64,000 nucleotides of DNA. It comes from Hemiscyllium ocellatum. Its lineage: Eukaryota. The position numbers were made by a program, and so were the translations under genes. Positions 36,401-51,400 of the stretch are shown piece by piece. The stretch is from assembly GCF_020745735.1 (NCBI RefSeq), contig NC_083413.1, positions 32,984,001 through 33,048,000 on the forward strand, in the 5' to 3' direction. Below the pieces are notes generated by a model. That model was not told the DNA's origin and did no database searches. It was given only the letters and a program-made list of their open reading frames with translations. Each line of letters starts with the position of its first letter. Within the stretch, counting starts at the first letter, position 1.

Positions 36401-39400
36401 ATGTGGTCGATAGCATCGTCAACCACGTCTGAGGGGAAATTGCGGTCTTTGAAGAAGGAGGCCATCTGTGTTGTTTAGTGTTGGAATTGGTCATCCTGGG
36501 AGCAGATGCGGCGGAGATGAAGGAACTGGGAATATGGGATGGCGTTATTACAGGGGGTAGGGTGGGAGGTGGTGTAATCTAGGTAGCTGTGGGAGTCAGT
36601 CGGTTTATAATAAACGTCCGTGTTGAGTCGGTCGTCCGAGATAGAAATGGAGAGGTCTAGGAAGGGGAGGGAGGAGTCTGAGACAGTCTAGGTAAACTTG
36701 AGGTCGGGGTGGAAGGTGTTGGTAAAGTGGATGAACTGTTCAACCTCCTCTTGGAAGCACGAGGTAGCGCTGATACAGTCATCGATGTAGTGGAGGAAAA
36801 GGTGGGGGGTGCTACCAGTGTAGCTGTGGAAGATGGACTGTTCCACATATCCGACGAAGAGGCAGGCATAGCTGGGGCCCATGCAGGTGCCTATGGCTAC
36901 TCCTTTGGTTTGGAGGAAGTGGGAAGATTGGAAAGAGAAGTTGTTCAGAGCGAGGACCAATTCAGTCAGTCAAAGGAGGGTGTCAGTGGAAGGGTACTGG
37001 TTGGTTCGGTGGGAAAGGAAGAAGCGGAGGGCTTTGAGGCCTTCGTGATGGGGGATGGAGGTGTATAGGGACTGGATGTCCATGGTGAAGATAAGGCATT
37101 GGGGGCCGGGGAAGAGGAAATCATGGAGGAGGTGGAGGGCGTGGATGGTGTCCTGAACGTAGGTGAGGAGTTCTTGGACTAAGGGGGACAGGACTATGTC
37201 AAGATATGCAGCGATGAGTTCAGTGGGGCAGGAGCCTACTTTATTCAGTTAACCAAACATTGGAATTAGGGTCAATGTATTTGGTATTGCACTGACACTG
37301 AAATTTATACTTGACTTTGCTCAATTGTGTGGTAGACATTTTTCAGATTGATAATTGCATCTACTATTCATATTTTTCACTGTACTATGCAGTGGCAACA
37401 TGTTCATTCAACTTATCATAAAAGGCAGAGTGCAGACTGTACTTGAGCTCTTGTAATATAATGTAATGTGATTGTTTGAAATTTAGCATTCTTCTTTATG
37501 TCCTGCTGAGTGCAAGATCACACAGATTATATTTATCTTGCACATGATGCATACAGGGTGAGTTGTGGTGAGTTGTTGTCTGAGTTTGGCTGTCAGATTA
37601 TGAGCTGTCATGAATCCAAGTGATTGGAGTGTATGTTTGGGTGGTTGAGAGAAGCTGCATTAGGACCCTGTTCAAAAGGGCCACAACACACTGCAGCACT
37701 CCCAACTTGCGAAGAGAAGAAGAATACCTCTGCAGAGTGTTCACCAAGAACTGATATCCCCGCAACTTCATCTGTAGATGCCTACCAGACAAACAACATG
37801 ACAAGAGCTTGCCACGACCCAACGTTCTAACCATTCTACTTACATAAAAAACATTCTGGGACTGACAGCCAGACTTCTCTGACCACTCAGATTCATGACA
37901 ACCCATGAACTGACAGCCAAGCTCAGACAGCAACTCACCAGTTCAAAAAACCCTAAACCCATCATGTGCAAGACAAATGTAATTTATAAAATTCCATGCT
38001 AAGACTCAACGAAACACTATCTAGGACAAATAGGCAGACAACTAGCAAAACGCATCCACAAACACCAACTAGCCACTGAACGGCCTGACCAGCCGTCCTT
38101 AGTAGTATAGACACAGATGAAAAGGACCACAAATTTGACCACACAACATTCACAGGAAAAGCCAAACAGAGGGCAGACAGAGAATTTCTAGAAGCATGGC
38201 ACTCATCCATGCACTCCATCCACAAACACTTGGATATAGACCCAATATACCGGCCACTACAACAAACAATGGGAACCAGCAACTGGAAGCAGCAGGAATG
38301 GAACCAAATAAATTCCAGAAGGCGCAGTATGGCAGCACTCTACAGGGCGTGCCAGAGCAGTGAGGATATCACCTAGACAGGGGACAAAACATCTGCAAAT
38401 CAACTTCTCAACTCAGCAAGCACACCCACAACCACGGCAACCAACACCCAAGCTACAAATCTTTACACAACCCTTGTGGTTTAATTGTTGCATGTCTGGA
38501 TTATGTACTAATGTGATTTGTAATTGAATATTCAGCCCCTGATGGAAGTGTACTGGGTCACAGTTCTTACCTAATGACATGACCCTTTGATTTGAGAGTC
38601 GTTGAGAATATAAATTGGCATTTCTGAATGGACCCAGACCTTATAGCCACTTAATTCGACATGTGCTAATTGACATAATGAAATAAGATGGCTTCCAAGT
38701 GAAATCAAATATGATGATGGTTGTTGCTTCCAGACTGGGATGGGTGAGGTTGCCCAATGTGTTATGGTTCCAGACAGCATGCCCCAAATGGTTAGGCTCC
38801 CGGGTGAACTGGCCTCCTTGTTTATTCACACATCCCACAAAAATAATTAGTAATGCAACACACATACATGCAGATTAGAAATAAGAGGTAAGTCCAAAAG
38901 GATAAAGTTATGAAAAGCAGATGTATGGATCAATCATTGAAGTGATTGTGAAAACAGATTAATACTGTGGCCATTTTAGTGGAGCTTCACATATTCTTGT
39001 GACATTCTATGTATGTATCTCTTCAGACAGCTACTTAATTCCCATATCTACACATATTTTGGAATTAAAAATTTAAAATGTCCATGGTATTTTGGGATTT
39101 TGACCTATGGTCATGACATTTATCATCGGCACAGTTTATTAAGGGGTGCAATCCTTTATGTATGTCAAGACTACATTTCATTGTATTTATAACACTAAGA
39201 ATTTAGATTATGAGAAGGCTTTCATGAATTGACTTTAATGTCAGCAAACATAACGGAGACATTCTAACATACTTGGGTTGTAACACGAGAATTTGAATAG
39301 CAGCCTCTGCATATTTCTGGCAATGTTATTGACTTTTGACAATAATAGCGAAGGTACTTTCTTTTCTGTTGCACTTTCTGTAATTTTCAATTCAAAATGT

Positions 39401-42400
39401 CTATTAATGTACTTTCAAAAATTTTATGAATAAAGTACATTTTTGGAAAAGAATATAGTCATGAAAAGAAATAGGTACCTATTTTAAATTATTGTTAGCT
39501 TTAGTCCTCTTGCAGTATTCAATTCATTCAACTTTATTTATTTCAGAACTCAGGACATTTTTGCAGAAACTGCTGGACCTGCTTCACCCAGTGGAAGAAT
39601 TTATCCGCATTCGAGACAGTTTCTCCTTCTTCACAGAGACAGTTCCAAAATTCATGGAGAACATTTACACAAACATTTTTCCAACCCAAGGACAGCACTT
39701 AGCAAATCATAAGAAAGGTATACAATGAAGTGATGGGATTGTGTGGGTTATCAAAGTTAATCTTTGTTTTAATTCAGATTTTGCACATTAATTGCACAAA
39801 CAGAAGAGCTTCTCTGATACTTATACTAATCATTCATTGGATGTAGGTATGCTCACTAGACCAGCATTTATTATCTGTTCCTAATTTCCCTTGAGAAGGT
39901 GGTGGTAGGCCAACATTCTGAACGAGCGCAGTGAATGTGGTGTGCGTACAGATGATGCTGTTAGGGAGAGTGTTCCAGAAGTTTTCCCTAGCGATGTTGA
40001 ATTAGTTGGATGATGTATTTCTTGTGTTATAACAGAGAATACACTTCATAAGTATTTAATTGGCTGTGACGAATTTTGGGATGTCATGGGTCACAAAAGG
40101 CACAATATAATTGCAATTCTGCCTTTCATTAGGGATATCCCTTAATGTAGCAATTGGTGAGTTTGTCCAGGGAAACAACGCATTGACAGCAGGAGAGGAA
40201 GGATGCCATGCCACTTGGAGGGCTGGAGGGAAGTTCCCTGTCATGTTTGGTAGTGTGAGTGTGTCGATTAGAGCTGGTGGGAAAATATGACTTGGAACAC
40301 ATACTGCAAGAAGTCAGTGTGCAGGTTCAACAAGTAATTAGGAAGATAAATGGAAAGTTGACCTTTCTAATAAGGAAGACAGAGTCTAAAAATAGGAAGG
40401 TCTTCTTATAATTGTGCATGATATTTGAGACACGTCTTATATCTCGTGTACAGTTTTGGTTTCCTTGCCTGAGGAGCGAGGAGTATTAGAAGCAGTTCAG
40501 AGGAGGCTGATCCCTCAGATAAAGGAGTTTTCATTTGAGGAAAGGCTGAGCTGGTTGGTTTTATAATCATTGGAGCTTAGAAAACTGAGAGATGACCATA
40601 ATGAAAAATATAAGCTTCTAAGTGGGCTCAGTGCAGTAGATTTTGAGATGAACTAGAGACACAATTTAAAAATAAGGGGGTTCCCATTTAAGACTGAGAT
40701 GAGGAGAAGTTTTTCTCTCAAAGACTTGTTAATCTTTAGAATTATCTTCCCCAGAGAACAGTGGAGACTGCATCAAGGAAGATAGTCAAAGCTGAAATGG
40801 AGAGATTTCTGATCATCAAGTTAATGGACACAAGCAGGAAAGTGGAGTTAAAGCCACAATCAGATCAGCTGTAATCTTATTGAATGGTGAAGCAATATTT
40901 ATGGCCTATTCCTGCTCCTATTTCTTATGACTTTATTGGTGAGCAGGGGTGTGGAAGATCAGAAATGTCTGAAGGGCATATGACAAGAAATGCTGTTCCC
41001 TTGGATCAAAAAAGGTGCACATTATATTCCCTTTCATTGTTGGATTTCATTGGACACTATGTACAGTAATGACAAAGTTCAAACTGCAATCCCAAATACA
41101 TTGTGAGAACATGATATAAATATATTAATGAAGCATCCTTTCTCTCCACAGCAGGATGTTCAGATACACCAAAATCCAAACTTTAAAATAAGAGCTCATG
41201 GTGGCACAGTGGTTAGCACTGCTGACTCACTGCGCCAGGGACTCGGGTTCTATTCCAGCCTCAGGCGACTGTCTGTGTGGAGTTTGCACATTCTCTCCAT
41301 GTCTGCGTGGATTTCCTCTGGGTGCTCTGGTTTCCTCCCACAGTCCAAATATGTGCAGGTTAGGTGAATTGGCCATGCTAAATTGCCCATAGTGTTCAGG
41401 GATGTGTGGGTTCGCTGCATTAATCAGGGGTAAATGTAGAATAGTAGGGCAGAGGAATGGGTCTCAGTGAGTTACTCTTTGGAGGGTTGGTGTGAACTTG
41501 TTGGGCCAAATTGCCTGCTTCTACATTGTAGAGATTCTATAACATCAGAGGCATGCACAGAAAGGCCATTTTGAAAAGGCCAGTGGAAACAATGAGAATA
41601 TGTAACAAATGTATTTCCCACCAGTGTCATTACACAATGCTAGGTTCAAAGGCTTCCCATGCATTTGGGAGCCAATATTGGATAGTAAAGTCAAGGATTG
41701 AAATGTTAAACACTCCAAGTAAGTTGAACTGATAATTAGCCAATCATTTTCTCCTCCCTGTCCCAATATTTGGAATAATTTTAAAAAGGAACTTTGTCCT
41801 CCAACTGCCCAGAGTTGGATGGCTAATAAATAAATTAGAGCCCAGAAACTTCTGTATGATCTGAAAGGACCTTTGCTATAATTATAACCAGTAGCCATTC
41901 CATCAGTGCTTTGGCTGAGCTAAAGAATTAGGTTCTTATTTGTAATAGCTCATTGTTACTACGCCACCATAAGATATACAATCTAGTTTCAAATCACAGT
42001 TACCAAGTTATAAAGTTTATAAAGTGAAATTATGCTTCAAGTTTGATTTGTTAATTAATATATACATTTTAAATAATTAAAAGAATGGATACAAACAAAT
42101 GATCTGTTAGAAGAAAGACATGGACGGTCGCTGGAAACTAATTTAGAGTCAAATATTCAGCAGAATATCAGCAACAGGTGAGCACATTTTTCTACTACTT
42201 AAATTCCTTTCCCTTCCCAAACCATCTCAAATGGCCCAACAGTATTTCTGCATGTTTGAATTTAGACTGCATATTCAGTAAGTTATTTAATGATGTAGGG
42301 CATCCTAACAAAGCCTGATCTTGTTGGATTATATGGATTGATTCTGATCTTGTTGGATTCCAGAAGGATCAAGGGACATAGGGATAAGGTGAGAAAGGAG

Positions 42401-45400
42401 AGATGAAATAGGTCAGCATTGATTTTATTGAGAGGAGTAGGTTCAACGATTCACATGGCCTTTGGTAGATTTAAGTTGTGATGTTTTTATGTCCTTTTAT
42501 GATGTTCACACAAACTAACTTTCCAACAGAAGTGATTGGATAGCAAAACTAACAGTGTCACAGGTACACTTCCTGCCTCATTGTCTAGAAAGTTGTAGTT
42601 TCCTATTGTTACTTTCACTGAGCTCAGCAAAAACAACAGAGGTGAAATCTGTGATATTGCCTAGCTTCAAAATACTTTTGATATATCAATCACAATTCAT
42701 TACCAGGTGAAAACATTCCTTTTCACATTGTTATAAGGCATTATTTAGTTTATGGATGGTAAATGTACTAGATGGGGGCCATGGGTTGCCGTAATTTAGA
42801 ACTAAGTTGATATACAGATCTCAACTGGTGAATGGAGGAGCATAAATTGACATAGAATATATGTGGGGTGTGGGATGTGGATGGTTGGGGAGAGAGGTAC
42901 CTTGGCATGGAGGGTATGAGGGGCAGCACAAGGTGGGTGGATGCACGGCCTGGCCTTGAGAGCATGGCGCCCATTGTGGCTCTTTAGGGGGAATACTTTG
43001 GCATGACTGACACCATGCTTTGGAGCAAATGGGGGCATATGGAGGTAAGTGTTGACATCGATAGGGTATGAAGAATGTTAGTAATGTAAAGAAAGAGGAT
43101 TGGAGGGATGTTTCATGTTTTATTCTTTATTTCAAAACTTAAGACACAGGGCACGATTCCCAAGCTAGGTCTGCCATGTAGCCAGCCTTCAAACCTCTGG
43201 GGCCCTCATCCCCAACTTCCCCTGCCCCTCCCACCACCCTACCAAACATCCAATGTCTAGGCAGCCATTTTTAAAGGTCAGACTTGTGGAACCAAGCTTT
43301 CTTCCATCTCTCTGCAGTCAACCTGGGTCTGTGGCTGCTGGAAATCTGAAATAAAAGTGGAAGATGTTAAAATATTTAGTAGGATTGGCAGTTTTGTGGA
43401 GGGAAAAACTGTTGATGCTTTTGATATTTGTTCCATTATTTGGGCTGAAGTTTTCCAGCCTTGTGGAGCTATTTTCTGTAAGGCAGACACAATAGTCATT
43501 TCTTTCAGTGATTTGTGTTAGTAGTGTTGATTGTACTATACTATTGCCAGTTTACATTAACTATGCTAAATCATATCTCTGAGAACCATTTATCTGAGTT
43601 ATTGGGACATATGATATGGTTTTATAGATTCTTTGTTTATTTATAATAAACCACAGATTTCTAATTTTATAAATAGAGTGAATAGCTCAAAATGTACAAA
43701 TGGCCATTGAACTGGCTGCCTGTGAACGTGCAAATGGTGATGTCAATTACTGACAACATATGTCCCAAAGGTGGAATAGATCTGCACGTACTGGGCTATG
43801 CCACTGTGCTCTAAATGTAGAGGTTGATTAGGCATAGTCAACACGGTTTTTTTGAAGGTATGTCATGCCTCACAAACCTTATTGAGTTCGTTGAGGAGGT
43901 GACTAAAAAAGGTGGATGAGGGTAAAATGGTTGATGAGGTATATATGGATTGCAGTAAGGCGTTTGATAAGGTTTCCCATAGTAGGCTGTTGCACAAAAT
44001 ATGGAGGCATGGGATTGAGGGTGATTCAGTGGTTTGGATCAGAAATTGGCTAGCTAAAAGAAGACTGAAGGTGGTGGTTGATGGAAAATGTTCATTCTGG
44101 AGTTCAGTTACTAGTGGCATACTGCAAGGATCTGTTTTGGAGTCACTGCTGTTTGTCATTTAATAAATGACCTGGATGAGGGCATAGAAAGATGGGTTAA
44201 TAAATTTGCAGATGACACTAAGGTCAATAGAGTTGTGGATAATGCTGAAGGATGCTGCAGATTACAAAGAGACATAGATAAGCTGTAGAGCTGGGCTGAG
44301 AGGTGGCAAATGGAGTTTAATGCAGAAAAGTGTGAGGTGATTCATTCTGGAAGGAACAAAGGAATGCAGAGTACTGGGCTAATTGTAAGATTCTTGGCAG
44401 TGTAGATGAGCAGAGAGATCTTGGTGTCCATGTACGTAGATCCCTGAAAGTTGCCAACCAGGTTGATAGGGTTTTTAAAAAGGCATATGGTGTGTCAGCT
44501 TTTATTGGTAGAGGGATTGAGTTTCAGAGCCATGAGGTCAATGTTGCAGCTGTACAAAACTCTGATGTGGCCGCACTTGGAGTATTGCGTACAATTCTGG
44601 TCACAACATTACAGGAAGGATGTGGAAACGTTGGAAAGATTTCAGAGGAGCTTGACTGGGATGCTGCCTGGTATGGAGGGAAGGTCTTATGACGAAAGGC
44701 TGAGGGACTTGAGGCTGTTTTCATTGGAGAGAAGGAGATTGAGAAGTGGCTTAATTGAGACATGTAAGATAATCAGAGGGTTAGATCGGGTGGACAGTGA
44801 AAGCCTTTATCTTCGGATGGTGATGACAAGCATGGAGGGGGACATAGCTTTAAACTGGGAGTGATAGATATAGGACAGATGTCAGAGACTAGTCGGGTCG
44901 TGGAATGCACTGCCTACAACAGTAGTAGACTTGCCAATGTTAAGGGCATTTAAATGGTCATGGGATAAACATATGGATGAAAATGGAATAGTGTAAGTTA
45001 GATGGGCTTCAGATTGGTTTCACAGATTGACGCAACATCGAGGGCACATTATTACATAGAACATAACTGAGCTGTAATGTTCTATGTAACAATGTCGCAG
45101 TAGTAATGCCAGTAACCCTGTTGAGGCCAGCATCTCCAGAATAGTGGCAGACATCCAAAGCAGGGACAAAGGCCACCCATTTTGGGTGAGAAAGAGAGAT
45201 ATCAGCTCCAGACTGAATTTCACTTACTGACTTCATTGACCTTATAAGAACTGGCACAATGGACTACCCTGCCAGTTGGAAGTCAGCTCCACCCATTGCT
45301 TAGCAATGACCGTAACACTATGAGCTGGAGTTTCTTTGCTTGCATCTAGAACTTGCAATCCGATGAATCACAACCTCCTACAAAAAGTTTTAACTTATAC

Positions 45401-48400
45401 ATAGAACAATGATCAAAGATTGCTCTCCCAAAATTGCCTGCATGGAATTCATTTACAATGAATATGTCATTTTCCTATGCAGAAAATGCTGTGTACACAA
45501 CAACTTATGCAAGTTTTACTTTTGTTATATGTAAGTAATTTCTATGTTGTCTAGTGGCATAAAGTAGAAGACTGTTCACTATTTTTATTTAGTAACTATT
45601 GGCTAAAGCAAACACACATTTACCTGAATTCCTCTCTTTTCAAGAACTGTAGAAATGGGAACAATAGACGTTCAAAACTTGTTCAAAGGTATTGGACCTG
45701 ATTTGGACAATTGGATCAAATATTTTACTGAGAACATAGATTTCACTGATGAGGACAGAGAACGGGACAATACAGGCAGAAAAGAAGGGCAACTGTTTTT
45801 CCAGGTATAGTAGCCAGGAATTTCATAGTTCCATTGCAGTATTAGTATTGAACACAAATAATTCTACAAGTGTAGAGTACAGCCAGTATCTGGCAACATT
45901 GTAAATTTTATAGAGGCTAAGTTTATAGCATGCAAGATGAATATGTCTGCCTTGGCACTGCTAGTGTTGGCTTTCCTCATCCCATTTCCTTTTCTTTTCC
46001 CTCAATTATTTCCTAACTCTTCATTATTCCTTTTAAGTGGTAAATGGAGTGGTTATTCATCACAAGATGTTTGTGAAAGATGTTTGCCAATATTTTATTT
46101 TAAAATTCCAAAAAACAGATGGAATCACTGAAAGGAGATCTTCAAAGTCTGTTGAGGAGCTTGAGTTCCCAGCCTGAGATAGATGAGATACTATCCTACA
46201 TGCAGAAAACTCCATATGAAGCAGAGAGTTTGTCTCCAACACTTTTGAAGGATAATGGTATGTTTTAAAAACTTCCAGTCACACTAGTTGTTGAACTTAA
46301 TTCACAACTCTACGTTTACATTCTTTCTCTTTTGTGAGATTGCCGCGTCCACATAAAGATAAGATGGTTTGTGAATTTATCAGTCTGTCTTATTGTTAGG
46401 CAGAAGGAAACAAGTTTGAATATGGCAAATGAGAAATCAGAAATTAAAACTGCACATGCTGGGAAAAGTTAGTACAGGTAGAAGATCCTTAATCTGAACA
46501 TGCAAAAACCAAAAAGCTTGGAAATCCGAAGGTTTTTCTGAAGTTTTTTTCTCATTAACAAGGTTGTTTGGCAAGCAAACAGTTAACCCAAGTCGACACC
46601 CACTCTATGCGTGTCGCTTAGATGTGTGTGTGTGGGGGGGTGGGGTGGAGGGGGGGCATGGCCAAGTACATTCTTACTTAGGAGTTTGCTTCTCCAGTCA
46701 GATTTTTAAAATTTCACCATTAAACTCACTTATTCTGAAAACTGAAAAATTCCAAATTCCGAAAAACAGCTGGTCCGAGCATTTCAGATAAAGGATTTTC
46801 TATCTGTTGATCTGCTTATATTTGGGAAGACAGAGAAACAGACTTAACATTTTGTGTCATCATCATTATGGGAATACCAACACCTACAAGTTCCACCAAA
46901 CCTTACAGCATCCTGACTTGGACTATAGTGGTTCACTATTATTGTGTCAAAATCCCTTCCTTACAAACGCTGTGGGTAAAGCAGCCCAATAAGACTGCTC
47001 ACTACCACTTTCTCCAGAACAATTAAGGTGGGCAAAAAAGGCTGTCCTAGCCAGCAACACCCACTTCCCAAAAATTAATTTGAAAAGGTCAAATGTGACT
47101 CTTCTTCAGAGTGAGGTATCAGGACTGTCCACTTAGATTTGACACCTTGTTTTAATATAACATGCAAGAGGTTTGCACACGTATTAGTGAACTTCAAAAG
47201 ACTTTATTAAACAAAGGCATTTACAAGGTATGGTATTGGGCATTATGCCTCTGATGCCCTACAGACCAGAGTTTCAGTTCCATGTAATTTGGCATTATGA
47301 TGACATGCTTCCGTTTGCATATACTCAGTGGTTATCCTTACAGGGAAGATAGAATTAACCCTTTACCCTTTGCAGCACACCAACCTGTTACCTAGTTGCA
47401 ACAGAGTGAGAAATTTTAACCAGAAGAATAAGGAGACTATCTTTGTCTCATCTGTGTTCTCAGATGTGATGAAGTTAGTCATCCCTCTCTTCAGCTGGAG
47501 GACAGTATGGGTTGTTTGGCCTCCTCTCCCAACCAGAGTGGTCTCCATCCACTTGTCTTTTGAACAAAGAAAGAGACTGTATAAAGAAAGGTTGTGGTCA
47601 CTTCTCTGTCCTTTAAACTGCAGAAGGGAAATGATATGAAAGCAAAAGGATTAGCAAGTTTAGTATAGTTAAATTCAACTCATTTGCTGACTTGAAATAA
47701 AAGCCATGGCTTCATTATTTCTGAAAACACTTCAGAAATGCTTATAAAAGAAATATAACTGAAAGCAACTATTTTTAATAGGACTGAATTCATCTAAAAA
47801 TGACTTGAGGGTGAAGAAACAAGATGATTTAAATGTTGTACCAGACGCTGGAGTGTTTTTGAAGGCCAACGGTGAGTTGTCAATTTGTATACAAACAAAC
47901 ATGTCAGCAAATTTTGAAAGGAATCATCACTTAGAGGAAAAGGTGCTTTCACTGAAATTCAAATCTGAATGTAATCTTTGCTTGGGTCTGAGTTGTGAGA
48001 TTAGCATCAAAGTTAGACATAAACTGGAGAACAACATTAAATATGAACTTAAGTATGGATTTTGTACTTAACTGAGAGGGAGGCACAACTAATTAACCCC
48101 TAAAATGCAAGGATATTTGAATTTATTTGTTTTAAAGTCCTTTCTAATCCAATACCTAAATCCTAGAGAACATTGTGGCTCACAAGTGTCAGCCAGTGAC
48201 CACTTCACACAGCCTATCCATCTTCCCTTGATAAGGTGAATGGAAATGTCATCATCATGTTTACTCCAAGTCACACACCACTGGGATTCCACCATCCTTT
48301 TATCTTTGTTGGATTAAAATCCCAAAAATTCTTAAAAATAAATGATATTGTGATATCATCAACATGAACCATATTGCCTTGCCAGTTATGTCTACATCCT

Positions 48401-51400
48401 CAGAATTCTTAGAATTAAACAGTTATTTTCCATTTAACACCTCTAATCATTGTGCATGCTAAAGACAAATTCTGCACACAGCCAAAGGCCAATGCTGTGA
48501 ATAAAAAGATTATATATTGGCAATAAAAGTGGCAAGACCAGACGGCTGAACTGGATGGGTCAGTTGAGTCAACGGCAGTAGGTGCCAATCTTGTCGGGTC
48601 AGATCAGTGGGCCAGTGGTGGTTGGGTTAGGGCCAGGTTCAGGGGCAGAAGGTTATTGAATCAGTGGGTCAGGTTGGGATCGAGGGTAGTGAGAGGTTAG
48701 CTGAGGAAAGTCGGGTTGGATGGGTACATTGGAAATCGGACTAAGCATGGTCAGGCCGGGAGGGTTGGTAGCAACTGGATTCAGTGGAGTTGGATCAATG
48801 GAAGAGGATGGGCGGTGGTGGGGGTGAGTGTGGGGGGGGGGTAGGCGGGGGGGTGGTGGTTGGTGGGGTGATGTGATGATTGGGCCCACCTGAGTCAGGC
48901 TGGGAAAACATTGGCTCCAAAAGGATTGAATCAGGCACAATGGTGGTTGGACGTAGGGAAGGATAACATTTAGAGGAGCATTAATGGTGTGTCAGTGACC
49001 TCTTTAGCAGTTACCCATAAGTTAGTCAAGTTTTAAATCCTCTGCCTTTTCCTGGGTTATTGTTAAGCTTAATTGCCAGAGCCCTCTGGAACCTTCAACA
49101 ATGACGGGCTATTTCAGATGATTATCGATGTAAGGGAATTAATCATTGGAAAATTCAATTTTCTTCGGAGTCAGCTGCAAAGGAAATTCTGCTTGGTTTT
49201 AACATGCAATGCCATTCCAGGCTGCTCCAGCTGTTACTGCCCATTGGAATTTCTGAGCCAGTCACTTAAATGAACTGATTTAAAACAATAGATTTCTTTC
49301 CATAATTCAGCATTAACTAAGATGAATAGATTATTTACATGTAAAGTGAAAATAAATAAACAAGTGAGGTGTTAAAGAAAAGCAGGTTTTAATTGATAAA
49401 TTTAGATGAAAAAGAGTGAGCAGAGGCTTGCGTGAAGCATAAACTCTGCACAGACCAATTAGACCAAATAATTGATCCAGTTTTGCACATTCTGTGGAAT
49501 TTAGTAACTACCAAGAACTGCTGATAGTTCACAATATTTTTTGTGATTCGTAACAGATGTTGGTTGACCAACCAGATAAATGTGTCATTTCTGCAAGAAT
49601 GGGTGCAGCTAGCAGATCAGAAGTTGTAGGAGCTGGAGGAGACAATTCAGTTCAGTCATTGGGTCTGCTCCATCACTCAATGGGATCATAGCTGATAATC
49701 CTCAAACCCACTTTCCTGCCTTTTCTCCAGAACTCCTAGTTACTTTACTAATTGAAAATCCATCTATCTCAACCTTGAATATATTTAATGACCCAGCCTC
49801 AACAGAATTCCACAGATTCACAAATCTGTGAGAGAAGAAACTCCCCCTCATCGCTGTCTTAAATGTCCAACCCATTATTCTGAGATTATGCCCTCTGATG
49901 CTAGACTCTCCCACAAGAGAAAACAACATTTCTACATTTACCCTGTCAAGTTCCCTAAGAATCAATAATGACTTCTCTCATTCTTTTACATTCCATCAAG
50001 CCAGGCCCAATCTACTCAACCTGTCCTCACAGGACCATCTGTATCAGCCCTGTGAACTTTCTCTGAACCGTATCCAATACTCAGATAGGGGTCCCTAAAC
50101 TGTTCACACTATTCCAGCTTTGTTCTGACCAGTAGCCTGTATAATGGCTAGTTCGTGATGCAGATTGACACCAAACAGCACAACATCAGTTCCCATACCA
50201 ACTGAATTCACCATGAAGGTTCCATCTTCTCAACCTTGCCCTTTGCCTGAGGTGGGGTAACCCTCAGGTTAAACTTACCAGCAGTCGTCTTTCTCTGATA
50301 AGATATTAGCCTGATGGTCCTCTGGGACTATGGTGACTTTACCTTTATAGTTTCAGCAAAACCTGGGTTTAGATCAGAGTGGTACTGGAAAAGCACAGCA
50401 GGTCAGGCAGCATCCGAGGAGCAGGAAAATCGACATTTTGGGCAAAAGCCCTTCATCAGGAATAGAGGCAGGAAGCCTCCAGGGTGGAGAAATAAATGGG
50501 GGGTGGGGGTGGGGGTGGGGGGGAGTGGGCTGGGGAGAAGGTAGCAAAGAGTACAATAGGTGATTGGGGTGGGGATGGAGGTGATAGGTCAGAGGGGAGG
50601 GTGGAGCGGATTAGGTGGGAAGGGAGATAGGCAGGTAGGACAGCTCATGGGGACGGTGCTGAGCTGGAAGGTTGGAACTGGGGTAAGATGGGTAAGTTTC
50701 AGCACAACCTCCCTACCTTTAAACTCCATTCCATTTGCAATAAATGTCAACATTTCATTTGCTTTCCCTAATATCAGCTAAAATTGGATGCAAGTTCTTT
50801 GTGATTCATGGGAAAGGACTCAAATCCGTCTGTTCTATTGCTTTCTGCCACCTTTCTTAATGTAAATAATATTCAGCTTCTCTATTCCTGACAATGGACA
50901 TTACTTGGCATTTTCCCACAATATATTTCACCGGCCAAGTATTTGCCCACTCACTTAACCTATCTATATCCTTCAGACTATTTTGGTCATCCTCACCACT
51001 GGCCTTCCCATCTACTTATGTCATTTCCTATTCTATTTGTAAGTGATTGTGACTTCAGCACCAACCCCAGTGGCACACCACCAGTTACAAATTGTCATCC
51101 TCAAAATAGCTCTCTCATCTCAACTCTGTCTTCTATTAGTTAGCCAATCCTTTATCCATGCTAATATACTATCTACAACATTATGAACTCTTATCATATT
51201 AAGTTGCCTAATGTGTGGCATCTTATGAAGGGAGTGAAAATCTTAATGTATTAGATGTATGGTTTCTCCTTCATCCATCATTCTTGTTATCTCAAAAGAA
51301 TTCCAGCAACTTTGTTAGGCATGTAACCTCTCTCATGAAGCCACATTGATTCTACTTTATCATATTGAGCATTTCTAATCATCACATTTCTAATCATCAC

